The notes under the pieces were generated by a model that did no database searches, was not told the origin of the DNA, and saw only the letters and a program-made list of their open reading frames with translations. Positions 1 to 9,280 of a stretch of DNA of 14,554 nucleotides are shown here, piece by piece (position 1 is the stretch's first letter; the number at the start of each line of letters is the position of its first letter). This stretch comes from Paramicrosporidium saccamoebae KSL3 (Eukaryota; Fungi; Cryptomycota), in contig MTSL01000041.1 in NCBI GenBank assembly GCA_002794465.1, positions 729 to 15,282 of the forward strand, given 5' to 3'. A program made the translations under genes and the position numbers.

Positions 1-834
1 GATAAATCCTACAGGTTTGTTGGCTCGCATCAAACCATCATGTATCTCCGGGATGAGGCCAAGGTTATGTTGCCGCTTGAGATAGACCTTGTGTTATTGG
101 CAGGGGAAGATCGCTTGGAAGAATTAAAATCTAAATATACCGGTACTGATACTGAATCGAAAAAGGATTTCCCATGGCAGGACATAGTAAACATCGCAGC
201 TAGTTGTGGACACGTTAGAATCCTCGAATGGGCTTACACCGAGTCTAAAACTCTCCCAAATAGTGACCCTATAATAACTACCTGTGAAAGGGGAAATTTT
301 GCGGCTCTGCGCAAAATGTTTGAAACTTACACCAATCTGATGGTGCCTGCAGATAAATTACCCAAGGTTAGCGTAGATTGTATCCTCTACGCCGCCATGC
401 ACAATAAGCAGAAGGAAATGGACTTGATATTAAAAGACCATTTGAATAACGTTCTGCCAAGTCTGGATGATATCTGTGACCTATTCGTACCTGCACCTGA
501 AGAGGCATGGCTGCGCGTATTCAAATGGATCGCAGCAAAGACGGAAGGCACTGTCAAAGTTGAATTCGGTCTGATAAACCGCACCTTTGCCTGGAATCAT
601 GAGCAAGTGTTACAGTGGCTAGTTGAGCAAGCATCAGACATAACGGCACCCATGATGGAATTGATTGCAAAGGCTGGCAGCCTCAAAATTCTAGAGACGA
701 TATACGCACGCGATCCGTCGTTGGTGTGTACTAATGAGATTCGTACCGCGGTGGAGCAAGGTCAATGGGCGTGGAAGGACACTGTCCTAAAATGGCTAGA
801 CGAGAAGTGTCAAAAGAATACAACCCGAGCTTGA
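1..834 (+). CDS. Ankyrin-like repeat family paralog A (5' partial; 277 aa visible)
   Basis: Frame +1 is open from base 1 (DKSYRFVGSHQTIMYLRDEAKV...) to TGA at 832-834. It aligns with the C-terminal ~40% of the other copies: YLRDEAKVMLPLEIDLVLLAGED vs YLRDNANITLPHEANLVLLAAEG (C), and QDIVNIAASCGH vs QDIANIAASSGR (B). The ATG at 40 is therefore internal. Confidence 0.85.
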   Translation, partial: DKSYRFVGSHQTIMYLRDEAKVMLPLEIDLVLLAGEDRLEELKSKYTGTDTESKKDFPWQDIVNIAASCGHVRILEWAYTESKTLPNSDPIITTCERGNFAALRKMFETYTNLMVPADKLPKVSVDCILYAAMHNKQKEMDLILKDHLNNVLPSLDDICDLFVPAPEEAWLRVFKWIAAKTEGTVKVEFGLINRTFAWNHEQVLQWLVEQASDITAPMMELIAKAGSLKILETIYARDPSLVCTNEIRTAVEQGQWAWKDTVLKWLDEKCQKNTTRA

Positions 835-865
835 TCAACCACAGAATAGTAGACAATGCGGGCCA

Positions 866-1160
866 CTACGCAAATAAAACTCGCTCTAAAATAACTGGGC
901 CAGTGCTGTTCAATTGTCTCACAGGTGTGACCACGGATACACGCGCTTGCCCCTTTTTAGCAGTTATCGACTAGCCCCGGTCCATCAGATCTTAAATTCT
1001 CAAAAAGACCTACCCGCCACTCTTCCCAGACGACCGCATTATCAAGTGCCATGGGGGCGCGCTGGGGTAGACTGATCAGCAGGTCGCTTACCCAGGACGA
1101 AAAGTCAAAGCCCGCCAACCATAAGCTCTCGCCTCTGATCTTTCCCTCTCTGTCCGCCAT
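866..1160 (-). CDS. Putative small three-exon gene, 73 aa hypothetical: complement(join(866..970,1014..1061,1092..1160))
   Basis: Two intron-like segments: 1062-1091 (30 nt, GTAAGC..GCTGAT..CAG) and 971-1013 (43 nt, GTAGGT..TCTGAT..TAG). Both are phase 0 and give an open frame MADREGKIRGESLWLAGFDFSSW/RAPMALDNAVVWEEWR/SITAKKGQARVSVVTPVRQLNSTGPVILERVLFA*. No recognisable homology. Confidence 0.35.
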
Positions 1161-1396
1161 TACACAACAGCAGAGCCCACCATATAATAAAACCACCTCT
1201 ACGTAGGCTGTTGAGACACTACGTAACAATCATGATTGCTGAATTGGCCAGTGATGTTGGTATAGTATTTACGAGTCATTCTGCTACTTTGCTTATAGAC
1301 ACAGATGAACTGATCAGCCCACCCAATCCCTGTGAATAAGCCTATATGAGATAACTTGCCGAATAAATGGCTGGTCAGAGCTGGCACAGCCGCATG

Positions 1397-3469
1397 ATGA
1401 GACTCTCTGGCTCTGGTCAACGCATTTTGTGGCTCGCGGCGATTTCTCTAGTGCTATTCCTGAGCTGGGAAACTATTTCTGCTTCGACCAGTCTTAATGA
1501 TGATTCAAGCTTCGACTTGCTGGTTTTAAGCACTAGAAGCCTTGCTTTCTCTCGGCTTCCTGAAGATGAAACCAGCGCTCCCCCACTAGATACAACGACC
1601 GTCGTTGCCCAGGTTGACAGTTTGACCACTGATTATCACTCATTGGACACTCTTGCGCTTCAATCAGCACTACTGAATAGTATTGACCGGAAGAGCAAGG
1701 ACCTTTCTCAATTCTGCGAGCAGCTTCGTTCGGTTACAGCTGTGGCAACTTGGTGCCATACTGGCGAGGACACCACAGACGCAGTGCAGAAACTGTTTAA
1801 TAATGGCCACTACGGGGTTCTACGATGCATCTCACGCTTTCCGGTTTGGAAGTACCAGGAGCAGCGACATTGGTTTTGGGCCAGAATTTATGGGACACCA
1901 GCCTGTGATCGGACTATTTGGGATCAGCAAACATTTGAATGGAACAAATTCTTGCCAACAATCTTCAAGGCTGATAATGCGGAATTATACAATATGGCGC
2001 GCCATGAAAGGTTTCTTACTGAGCTATCCAAAGACAAGGTGTGCGAATATATCATTATATTTGACGCGATAAACATCCTCACTCGTTTCCATCCAAAAAT
2101 GGTCAGAAAGATTGCAAAAAATGTCGATTTAATAGTCCAGCACGGACCAGCCCACATAATTGACCACATCATTAATTCTATTCAAGACTTGCCTCTTGAC
2201 ACCAGCCACGTTGTCCCCCAGGCAGTAAAGTCCATCAAGGTGCTTCAATACCTCTCCCACATGGACTATCCCATCATTCCAAATATCCACCTTTGCTCGA
2301 AAAATGATCTGGTGACATTTCATCTCGAATGCTTATACGAGCTCCTCGATCACAACTTTCTGCCGCCGCTGCTTAAAGAAGTGTTTCAGGGGAATCCTAC
2401 TGTCACGGACCACCATGAGAAATTATGTGCTCGTGCTATCCATAGTGGTAATCTTGGCGCATTAAAGCTTCTGCACGATGAGAAGGAAATGGCATGCCCA
2501 TCAGCAATTTCAGTGATGTGGGCCGTTAGATCAGGTCATTTGGATGTTGTCAGATGGATTTTCCCAAAATTTGAACATCAAATTGATTGGAATTCCGCGA
2601 TCAATGCGTCCTATACACGTCTCGACTCTTACGAAACAATCAGGTATCTTCAGAGTGCTGCTGATATCAAGTTGTCACGCAAAATAGTCTTTATCCTATT
2701 GGCAGCGGAGGGCAAATTGGAAAAATTAAAGGCTAAGCTTGCTATATCAAAAGTCGGCTTCTCAAAGCAAGATATAGCAAACATCGCAGCTAGTAGCGGA
2801 CGCACTAACGTTCTCCAATGGCTTTTAGAAGAGCTTGAAACTCTTCCGCAGGGCTATTGTGTGGAGAGTGCCTGTAAAAGAGGCCATTTTTCAGTTTTGC
2901 ACTGGGCTTTTAATCTCGACAGCTCATCACTAGATATTAACGTACTGGTATGCTTCATCTACGCTATCATGCACAATAACCAGGAGGAGGTGGAATGGAT
3001 ACTGTAAAATCTTTTTAAAAATGTGCTGCCAAGTCTGAGGCATATTTATGACTGTAACCGCATAAGAACTGTGCCCGATGAGGAAGTGCTACGAGTCTTC
3101 AAATGGATCAAATCAAAGGATACTACTGCCAAGGTTGAAACAGCAATGATGCTACACGCTGTAAAGTTGGGCCACGTGCAAGTGTTCCAGTGGCTGCTTA
3201 AGCAAGGACTTTCTCTATCTACGGACACTGTAAAATGGGCCGCAGAGAATCTTCAAACTGGCATTCTTGTGGCAATGTACGCAACCAACCCATTGTTGGT
3301 GCGTACCGTGGAGATTGCCAATGCGGTAGCGAGACATTTGGGCCCGGAAAAGTACACTGTCTTGGAGTGGATGTGGAGGAAATTCGGGATCCTTCCTGAC
3401 GAACTTGCTGACAACTATATCGAAAAGTGGGTAACAGAAAAACACGGCCAGCAAGGACTGTTACACTAA
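1397..3469 (+). pseudogene. Secreted ankyrin-like repeat family paralog B, interrupted by in-frame TAA at 3005-3007 (pseudogene, or rescued by a 30-nt intron at 3004-3033)
   Basis: ORFs 1367..3007 and 3023..3469 are in the same frame and are collinear with paralog C across the stop (ctg TAA aat vs cta AAG acc in C and ttg AAA acc in D). The ATG at 1397 aligns with the ATG of C (cagccgcatgATGAGACT vs cagccgtacgATGAAACT). N-terminus MRLSGSGQRILWLAAISLVLFLSWETISA is hydrophobic and signal-like. Confidence 0.8.
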
Positions 3470-3862
3470 TATTCTGGGAGAATTACCACAAGTACACTTT
3501 TGTGATAAGAGATGGCCCGACACGGCAAGCTAGCTGGGAAAATTTACAAATGCGGACCCTCAAATAAACATGTCCATTAATCAGACTTGCAGCTGCCCAT
3601 ACTGACTTTGTCACGGCTTTTTATTCGAGAGGCAAGGGAATTTTTATACATTTGTAAGCCCTGCCATGGTCTCACAAATAACATAATAAGCATCCCATCA
3701 TCTTTCAGAGGTCTTGTCTCTATAAAATGGGGCCTGTATCTAATAAACTAGTTCGCATTATACCCCGATGAATCAATCAACTTGCCCAATTACAATTGAC
3801 GATTTCATCGAGATTTAACTTATCGGGTGAATAAGTGATTAACTGGAAGTGGCAGCCGTACG

Positions 3863-5869
3863 ATGAAACTTGCTGGTTCGTTTCGTCGTCTACTGTGGCC
3901 TACAATAATTTTGTTACTGTCATTACTGGGCCAAGGCACGGACGCAACCAGCGCGAGACAAGTAGACTTGGATGGGACTGGTAGCAGCTTGAGCCTCACC
4001 AAGGTAATTAGAAGCATCGATTCACTATACGTCAGCAAGCTGAATCTCGAGTCCCTCGAATCCCTTCTTAAGCAGCGTCGTCTACTTGCAGGAACAGATA
4101 GCCAAATTGCAAAGTATTATCGTGAGGCATTAGTAATAATGAGCGCCTGTCCCGAACTAGGCAATTTCGAAGAGGCAGTGCAGCAAGCACTTGACAACCG
4201 ATACTATAATGTCCTGAGATGCCTTGTTCATCGCTCTAGCTGGGAGGACGAGGCACAGAAACATTGGTTTTGGGCTAAAATCTTTGGAACTTTGGCCTCT
4301 GACTTGTGCATTTGGAAGAATCAGCAGTTCAACTGGAGCGCATTCTGGCAAATGATCTTCAAGGCTGATAATGCTATATTCTACCAGGTGATGCTTAAAG
4401 ATCCGTATTTTGGGGGCATTGTCGAAAAGGATCTGCATAAAAGCATCATCACATTTGATGCTGTCAATATTTTTAAGCATCTCTCCCCAGCCATGGCCAG
4501 AGGGATTGCAGAAGAGGTGGACTTGATGGCGGAACATGGGCCGCCCTACATCATTGATCAGATCATTGCTTCTAATCAAGATCTGCACCCCGACACCAGC
4601 CACATCTCCCCACACTCAGTCAAGTCTGCCAAGGCGCTTCAATACCTCCTTTACATTGGCTACAACCGAATCCCAAAACTCTATTTGAGTTTAAAAAATG
4701 GTATACCAACAATTAACACCAGGTATACAGTGTGGCTTGTCAAAAATAACTGCCTGGCGCTGTTGCAAAAAGTATTCCAGGAAAATCCTGGTTTTCATTA
4801 CAGCCATAGTGGTTTTTGCAGTACTGCCATCAAAAGTGGCAGTCTTGATGTCTTAAAATGGCTTTCTGAAAAGGAGGACCTGGATGCCCCAGGGGTACAT
4901 TATTCGGTGTGCGAAGCCGTCAAGTCAGGACATTCAGAGGTCATCAAGTGGTTATACGCCAATTGTGGACGTCAGATTGATTGGAATGACGTGATTAGTG
5001 AGTCTTACAAAAGTGTCAACTCCCGTGAAATCATTGAATATCTTCGAGATAATGCCAACATTACTTTACCGCATGAGGCAAACCTTGTACTATTAGCAGC
5101 GGAAGGTGATAAGGAAAAATTGCAAGGTGCACTTGCAGATCTAGAGATCTCTGATGATTGCAAGCAGGACGTAGCAAATCGTGCCGCATTATATGGGCAC
5201 GCCGAAATACTCCATTTGCTTTACGATAAATTCAGAATTCTCCCGGATAGTTATTCTGTGGAAAAATCCTGTGAAATGGGCCATTATGCCGCTTTGCACG
5301 TAATCTATAAATCTGAAGATGCCAAGTTGGCATCTTTGCCTGTATCTCACGCTATTGTCGCATTAAAGTGCTTCGTCTATGCCATCATACAAGACAAACA
5401 GGAAGAGGCGGATTGGATACTAAAGACCCTTTTTAATAGTGAGCTGCCAAGATTGGAAGACATTTATCACGCGATAAACTTTGCGCCCGATGAGATAATA
5501 TTACGAGCCCTCAAAAAGATCAAGTCACAAAACAGTATTGCTAGGATTGAACCAGAGATGATAAGTCACGCTGCTAAGCAGGGTCACGTGCAAGTGTTCC
5601 GATGGCTGCTTGAGCAAGGGCTGCCTTTAGAGTCGGTCAATATAGAAGGGGTCATAAGGTATACTGAAAACGTCGAGATTTTAGGGATAATACACAAGAT
5701 CCAACCATTGTTGGTGTGTACTGCAAAGATGGCCAATGCGGCAGCAAGTTCTTGGAATCCGTGGAGGTACAATGTCTTGGATTGGATATGGAAGACGTGT
5801 CACGTACTCCCCACTGAGCTGGGAGAGGACAAGAGTCTCCAACGATGGGTAGCAGAAAGACACGGATAA
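3863..5869 (+). CDS. Secreted ankyrin-like repeat protein, paralog C (668 aa, intact, intronless)
   Basis: N-terminal MKLAGSFRRLLWPTIILLLSLLGQGTDA is signal-peptide-like. Repeated ankyrin-like helix motifs: TAIKSGSLDVLKWL, EAVKSGHSEVIKWL, RAALYGHAEILHLL, KSCEMGHYAALHVI, HAAKQGHVQVFRWLLEQG. Collinear with copies A, B and D. Confidence 0.9.
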   Translation: MKLAGSFRRLLWPTIILLLSLLGQGTDATSARQVDLDGTGSSLSLTKVIRSIDSLYVSKLNLESLESLLKQRRLLAGTDSQIAKYYREALVIMSACPELGNFEEAVQQALDNRYYNVLRCLVHRSSWEDEAQKHWFWAKIFGTLASDLCIWKNQQFNWSAFWQMIFKADNAIFYQVMLKDPYFGGIVEKDLHKSIITFDAVNIFKHLSPAMARGIAEEVDLMAEHGPPYIIDQIIASNQDLHPDTSHISPHSVKSAKALQYLLYIGYNRIPKLYLSLKNGIPTINTRYTVWLVKNNCLALLQKVFQENPGFHYSHSGFCSTAIKSGSLDVLKWLSEKEDLDAPGVHYSVCEAVKSGHSEVIKWLYANCGRQIDWNDVISESYKSVNSREIIEYLRDNANITLPHEANLVLLAAEGDKEKLQGALADLEISDDCKQDVANRAALYGHAEILHLLYDKFRILPDSYSVEKSCEMGHYAALHVIYKSEDAKLASLPVSHAIVALKCFVYAIIQDKQEEADWILKTLFNSELPRLEDIYHAINFAPDEIILRALKKIKSQNSIARIEPEMISHAAKQGHVQVFRWLLEQGLPLESVNIEGVIRYTENVEILGIIHKIQPLLVCTAKMANAAASSWNPWRYNVLDWIWKTCHVLPTELGEDKSLQRWVAERHG

Positions 5870-6256
5870 TCTAGGACCACCCCACAAATAAAGTATTTTT
5901 AGGGGGTCAATTCTGACTAATTGTTATAAATTGAGGGAAACATTGCAACCCATTTAAAAGTATGGCCGGATTCGTTCCATCAAACCCTTTTACTTGTGTG
6001 CAGAAGCTACTACCGCACACACGAAGAGTTGTCTCTACTAATGTATCTGATCGTGCGTAAATAGAGTGTTAACCAACATTCACCTGCTATTGGTGAGCGA
6101 CCCAGATAGCGGCCCCACAGGCCAGTTTGGCTATACTAAGAATGGCTACCTAGAAAGAAGCCATATACTTTAATAAAAGTGTGTTCACCCATCAACAGGT
6201 TCTTTACTTGAACCACACGATATATTGTCACATAGTGGGGATAATACCACGTATTT

Positions 6257-6607
6257 TGTCAAGCGGGAAGAGACGATGTGAGAATTGGTTCACTGTTAGT
6301 CTAATGGCTTGATTCAGGTGAGAAGAGAACCGGCACACTGCTAATCTTAGTTTTAAGGATACACACCACAATGCTCTCAAATTTCTAGCTAATCGATCCA
6401 CTCTATTGCACAAACATGTCTTTATCAAACTAGGAAATTGTCCTCAAATACTCGACTAAACAATTCTCTAAATCACACCTTGAACGTAAATTGTTTCACC
6501 ACGCATCACACTAACCAGAAAATCCGACAATTCAACTGCGATACACTCCATCAGCTGGGTATTTGAGGACATTTCCCTAGCTTGGGGCAATCAGTGAAAG
6601 ACTTGTT
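6257..6607. repeat. Dispersed repeat relic plus imperfect inverted repeat
   Basis: 6257-6273 (tgtcaagcgggaagaga) is identical to 9545-9561. 6426-6470 matches 9613-9657 at 35/45. 6426-6459 and 6551-6584 are inverted copies (27/34) with a 91-bp spacer. The inverted match may extend via aaagac(a/t)tgttt. Confidence 0.7.
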
Positions 6608-6774
6608 TAACCGTAATATAAATGGTTCGTTGTGGGTGACTAATTTTCTCGCAATACGAACCCTTATGAGAGGCTCAGTTTCCACCGATTGATCAGTCCC
6701 CATCTCGACTGCATAAGCAGCACCCTGGTTATCAACCATTATATTACACTTGTTTTCGCTGTACCACAACATAC

Positions 6775-8151
6775 ATGACCGATGACATTGCAAAAGGGGG
6801 AGACTTGGTGACAGAACACGGGCCATCTCACATCATCACTTATAGTCAAGATTTGCACCCCGACACCAGCCACATTTCCCCTCACACAGTCGAGTCTGCC
6901 AAGAAACTTCAAGACCTCTTCCATATTGGCTATAATCGAATCCCAAAACTCTGTCTGAGGTTAAAAAATGGCATGCCAACAGTCAACCCCGAGTGTGCAG
7001 AATGGCTTGCCAAGAATAACTGCCTGGCCTTGTTGCAAGAAATGCTCCGGGGAGATCCTGATTGTGACTACAGTCATGCAAGGCTTTACAGCGCTGCCAT
7101 CTATGCAGGCAGTCTTGATGTATTAAAATGGCTGCACGAAAAGGAAAAACTGCCGATCCCAGGCAAATTTGAAGTGGGCGAAAACGTCAAGTCAGGAGAC
7201 TTGGAGACCATCAAGTGGCTGCACGCCGAGTTTGGAAATCTGATTGATTGGAAAATTGTGATTAATTACTCTTACAATAGCATTAGTTCCCGTAAAATCA
7301 CCGAGTATCTTCGGGACGATGCTAATATCACCTTATCGCGTGAGGCAAACCTTTTTCTGTTGACAGCGGATGGTAATACGGAAGAATTGCAGAGTGCACT
7401 TTCCGAGCCAGGAATCCCTCGGGATTGGATATGGTATGTGGCGAATCTGGCCGCATTGTATGGACACGATAGAGTCCTTGATTTGGTCTATACTAAATAC
7501 AAACTGTTCCCAGACATTGATTCTTTGGACAAAGCATGTGAGATGGGTCATTATGACGCTTTGCGCCTGATCTATAAATTTGACAGTGCCAAATTAGCAC
7601 CCCTTACTGGGACGCAGGCTAGTGAATCTCCATTAAAAAGCTTTATCTGCGCCATCATACAACAGAACCAGAAAGAGATGGAGTGGATATTGAAAACCCT
7701 TCTTAATAATGTGTGGCCAAGTCTGAAAGACAGTTATCGCGCGATATACTCTGTATCTGATGAGGCAATCCTACAAGCCCTCAAACAAATCCAATCAATG
7801 GACACCAATGCAAAGGTTGAACCAGAAATGATGGACCGGGCTGCCAAGAAGGGCCACGTAAAAGTGTTCCAATGGCTGCTTGAACAAGGATTGCACGCGA
7901 ATGCTGACGTTGCATGGCTCGCTGCATTTCATGGTAAAATTGAAATTCTAAAAGTAATACACACAAGCAATCCATCGCTAGTGGGCACAGTGGAGATTGC
8001 CAGCACGGCCGCGAGAGATTCGAGTGTGTGGAAGTATGACATCTTGGGTTGGATGTGGAAAGAGTTTAAAGTACTGCCAAACGAGTGGCCTTGTTATAAT
8101 GAAGATATCAAGGAGTGGATGGCAGACAGACGCAAAGAGAACCAGTGTTGA
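6775..8151 (+). CDS. Ankyrin-like repeat family paralog D, 5'-truncated (458 aa, no signal peptide)
   Basis: Homology to C starts at about its residue 212 (MTDDIAKGGDLVTEHGP vs MARGIAEEVDLMAEHGP; QDLHPDTSHISPH identical). Sequence upstream of 6775 does not resemble C, and the frame has a TGA at 6667-6669 with no earlier ATG. Confidence 0.8.
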   Translation: MTDDIAKGGDLVTEHGPSHIITYSQDLHPDTSHISPHTVESAKKLQDLFHIGYNRIPKLCLRLKNGMPTVNPECAEWLAKNNCLALLQEMLRGDPDCDYSHARLYSAAIYAGSLDVLKWLHEKEKLPIPGKFEVGENVKSGDLETIKWLHAEFGNLIDWKIVINYSYNSISSRKITEYLRDDANITLSREANLFLLTADGNTEELQSALSEPGIPRDWIWYVANLAALYGHDRVLDLVYTKYKLFPDIDSLDKACEMGHYDALRLIYKFDSAKLAPLTGTQASESPLKSFICAIIQQNQKEMEWILKTLLNNVWPSLKDSYRAIYSVSDEAILQALKQIQSMDTNAKVEPEMMDRAAKKGHVKVFQWLLEQGLHANADVAWLAAFHGKIEILKVIHTSNPSLVGTVEIASTAARDSSVWKYDILGWMWKEFKVLPNEWPCYNEDIKEWMADRRKENQC

Positions 8152-8431
8152 TTAGTGTTCGTATAGTGACGTAATAGAGTGGATTAATTAGCAACTGACA
8201 AGCTTCTATCTCATCCCTAAACCACCTCTTCCCGCCTAGCGACACGCAAAAATGTAATCTGTCTCCGAGGACAAGTTGTCAAAACACGAGCACACGATTA
8301 GCTGGGCAGAGAGGAGGGAAACGGAAAGATTGACTTTACTCATGCTTTAGAATCTTCTCCGTTACGTGACAATACGCAAGTCTTCCCCCGCCACGCAACC
8401 ACTTTGTTATTTTACACCAGCGATGAAAAAT

Positions 8432-9280
8432 TTATTGATTCATCATCATGGACTGGAACAATGAAGCAAGGGGGTTAACCTGTCCCGGTTGCTGCTTCGG
8501 AGGCCAGAAAACATCTCTAGTGCTATTCCATGCCAATTTGACCGACTCGTCTTTAAGGAGATCAGCGTATCGAAGCTGAAGCTGCACGTATTGCTCTCTT
8601 GGGGGGTTGCGTCTTCTCGTCAATTCAGAAAGGAGGACGAGGAGGTTGCATGACTTTGCAGCATCTCCCGATTCCTCATAAACTATACAGCTGTTGGTTT
8701 TGTAATTTGTAAGCGAGTTTTTTGATGCAAAACTCTCGGCCATCGCCTTGGCTGAACCATAACAGCGTATGCAAATCAGATTGAGACTAAACAGCACGAG
8801 CTGCTGGGCGGATACGACCTCTCCTGCGCAGGAAAAAGCAGAAGGGTTCAAGGGGCAGCATTTGACCATGAAGCGCAAAACCGAGTCCACATCAGCAACC
8901 TCTGTCAGCAGCACATTACAAACAATCTCCTGGTCAGCAAATTTGCAGGCGAATGCGGCAAATTCAGCCCAGAATTGAGAGTAATTAGGAGGAATATCGC
9001 GATATCTGACGATAGACTGGAGGATGAGAATGAGCTCAGCCTCTACGTCGACGCTATTCTCAGTGCACTTGGAGGCAATTGACATGTACTTTGAAACGAC
9101 ATCAAAGAACGTAGCAGCCGGAGCCTGGGCCGATACAAGAGAGTGAATGCCCGAGGTAAGGAATTTTTGGCTTTCAGCCAGCTTTCCACTGCGCTCGAGT
9201 CTTTGTGAATGTGAAATGAGCAATTGGTGTGCGGAATAAAAGTCGCCGTCATCAATAGACCTTTGAAGTCTCTTGTCCAT
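8432..9280 (-). CDS. GET4: Golgi-to-ER traffic protein 4 (GET4/TRC35) homolog, 282 aa
   Basis: N-terminal RLQRSIDDGDFYSAHQ matches the Get4 G(D/N)(Y/F)YEAHQ motif. Alpha-helical body and a C-terminal F..P...NPLASLFQSMM tail resemble Get4 family members. The middle is divergent. Confidence 0.8.
   Translation of the reverse strand: MDKRLQRSIDDGDFYSAHQLLISHSQRLERSGKLAESQKFLTSGIHSLVSAQAPAATFFDVVSKYMSIASKCTENSVDVEAELILILQSIVRYRDIPPNYSQFWAEFAAFACKFADQEIVCNVLLTEVADVDSVLRFMVKCCPLNPSAFSCAGEVVSAQQLVLFSLNLICIRCYGSAKAMAESFASKNSLTNYKTNSCIVYEESGDAAKSCNLLVLLSELTRRRNPPREQYVQLQLRYADLLKDESVKLAWNSTRDVFWPPKQQPGQVNPLASLFQSMMMNQ

Noticed and set aside
1535-1570. RXLR-dEER or PEXEL-like motif RSLAFSRLPEDE after the signal peptide of paralog B
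   Set aside because: It does not match either consensus and is not conserved in paralog C.
3005-3007. TAA reassigned to an amino acid (alternative genetic code)
   Set aside because: GET4, PNO1, the NASP-like gene, the MOB gene and paralog C all terminate at TAA in the expected place.
6426-6584. MITE bounded by terminal inverted repeats
   Set aside because: No target-site duplication is visible, and homology to the 9.5-kb copy continues outside the supposed termini. Reported only as an inverted or dispersed repeat.
6551-6826. Minus-strand 91-aa ORF and other short overlapping ORFs in the track (e.g. 4157..4615, 9844..10182, 10296..10733, 10770..11168)
   Set aside because: They are antisense or alternate-frame shadows of better-supported genes or of repeat relics, with no recognisable motifs.
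8341-8363. Minus-strand ACGGAGAAGATT..AGCATG resembling the U6 snRNA ACAGAGA/AGC region
   Set aside because: The invariant ACAGAGA box is altered, spacing is wrong, and the downstream U6 internal stem-loop is absent.
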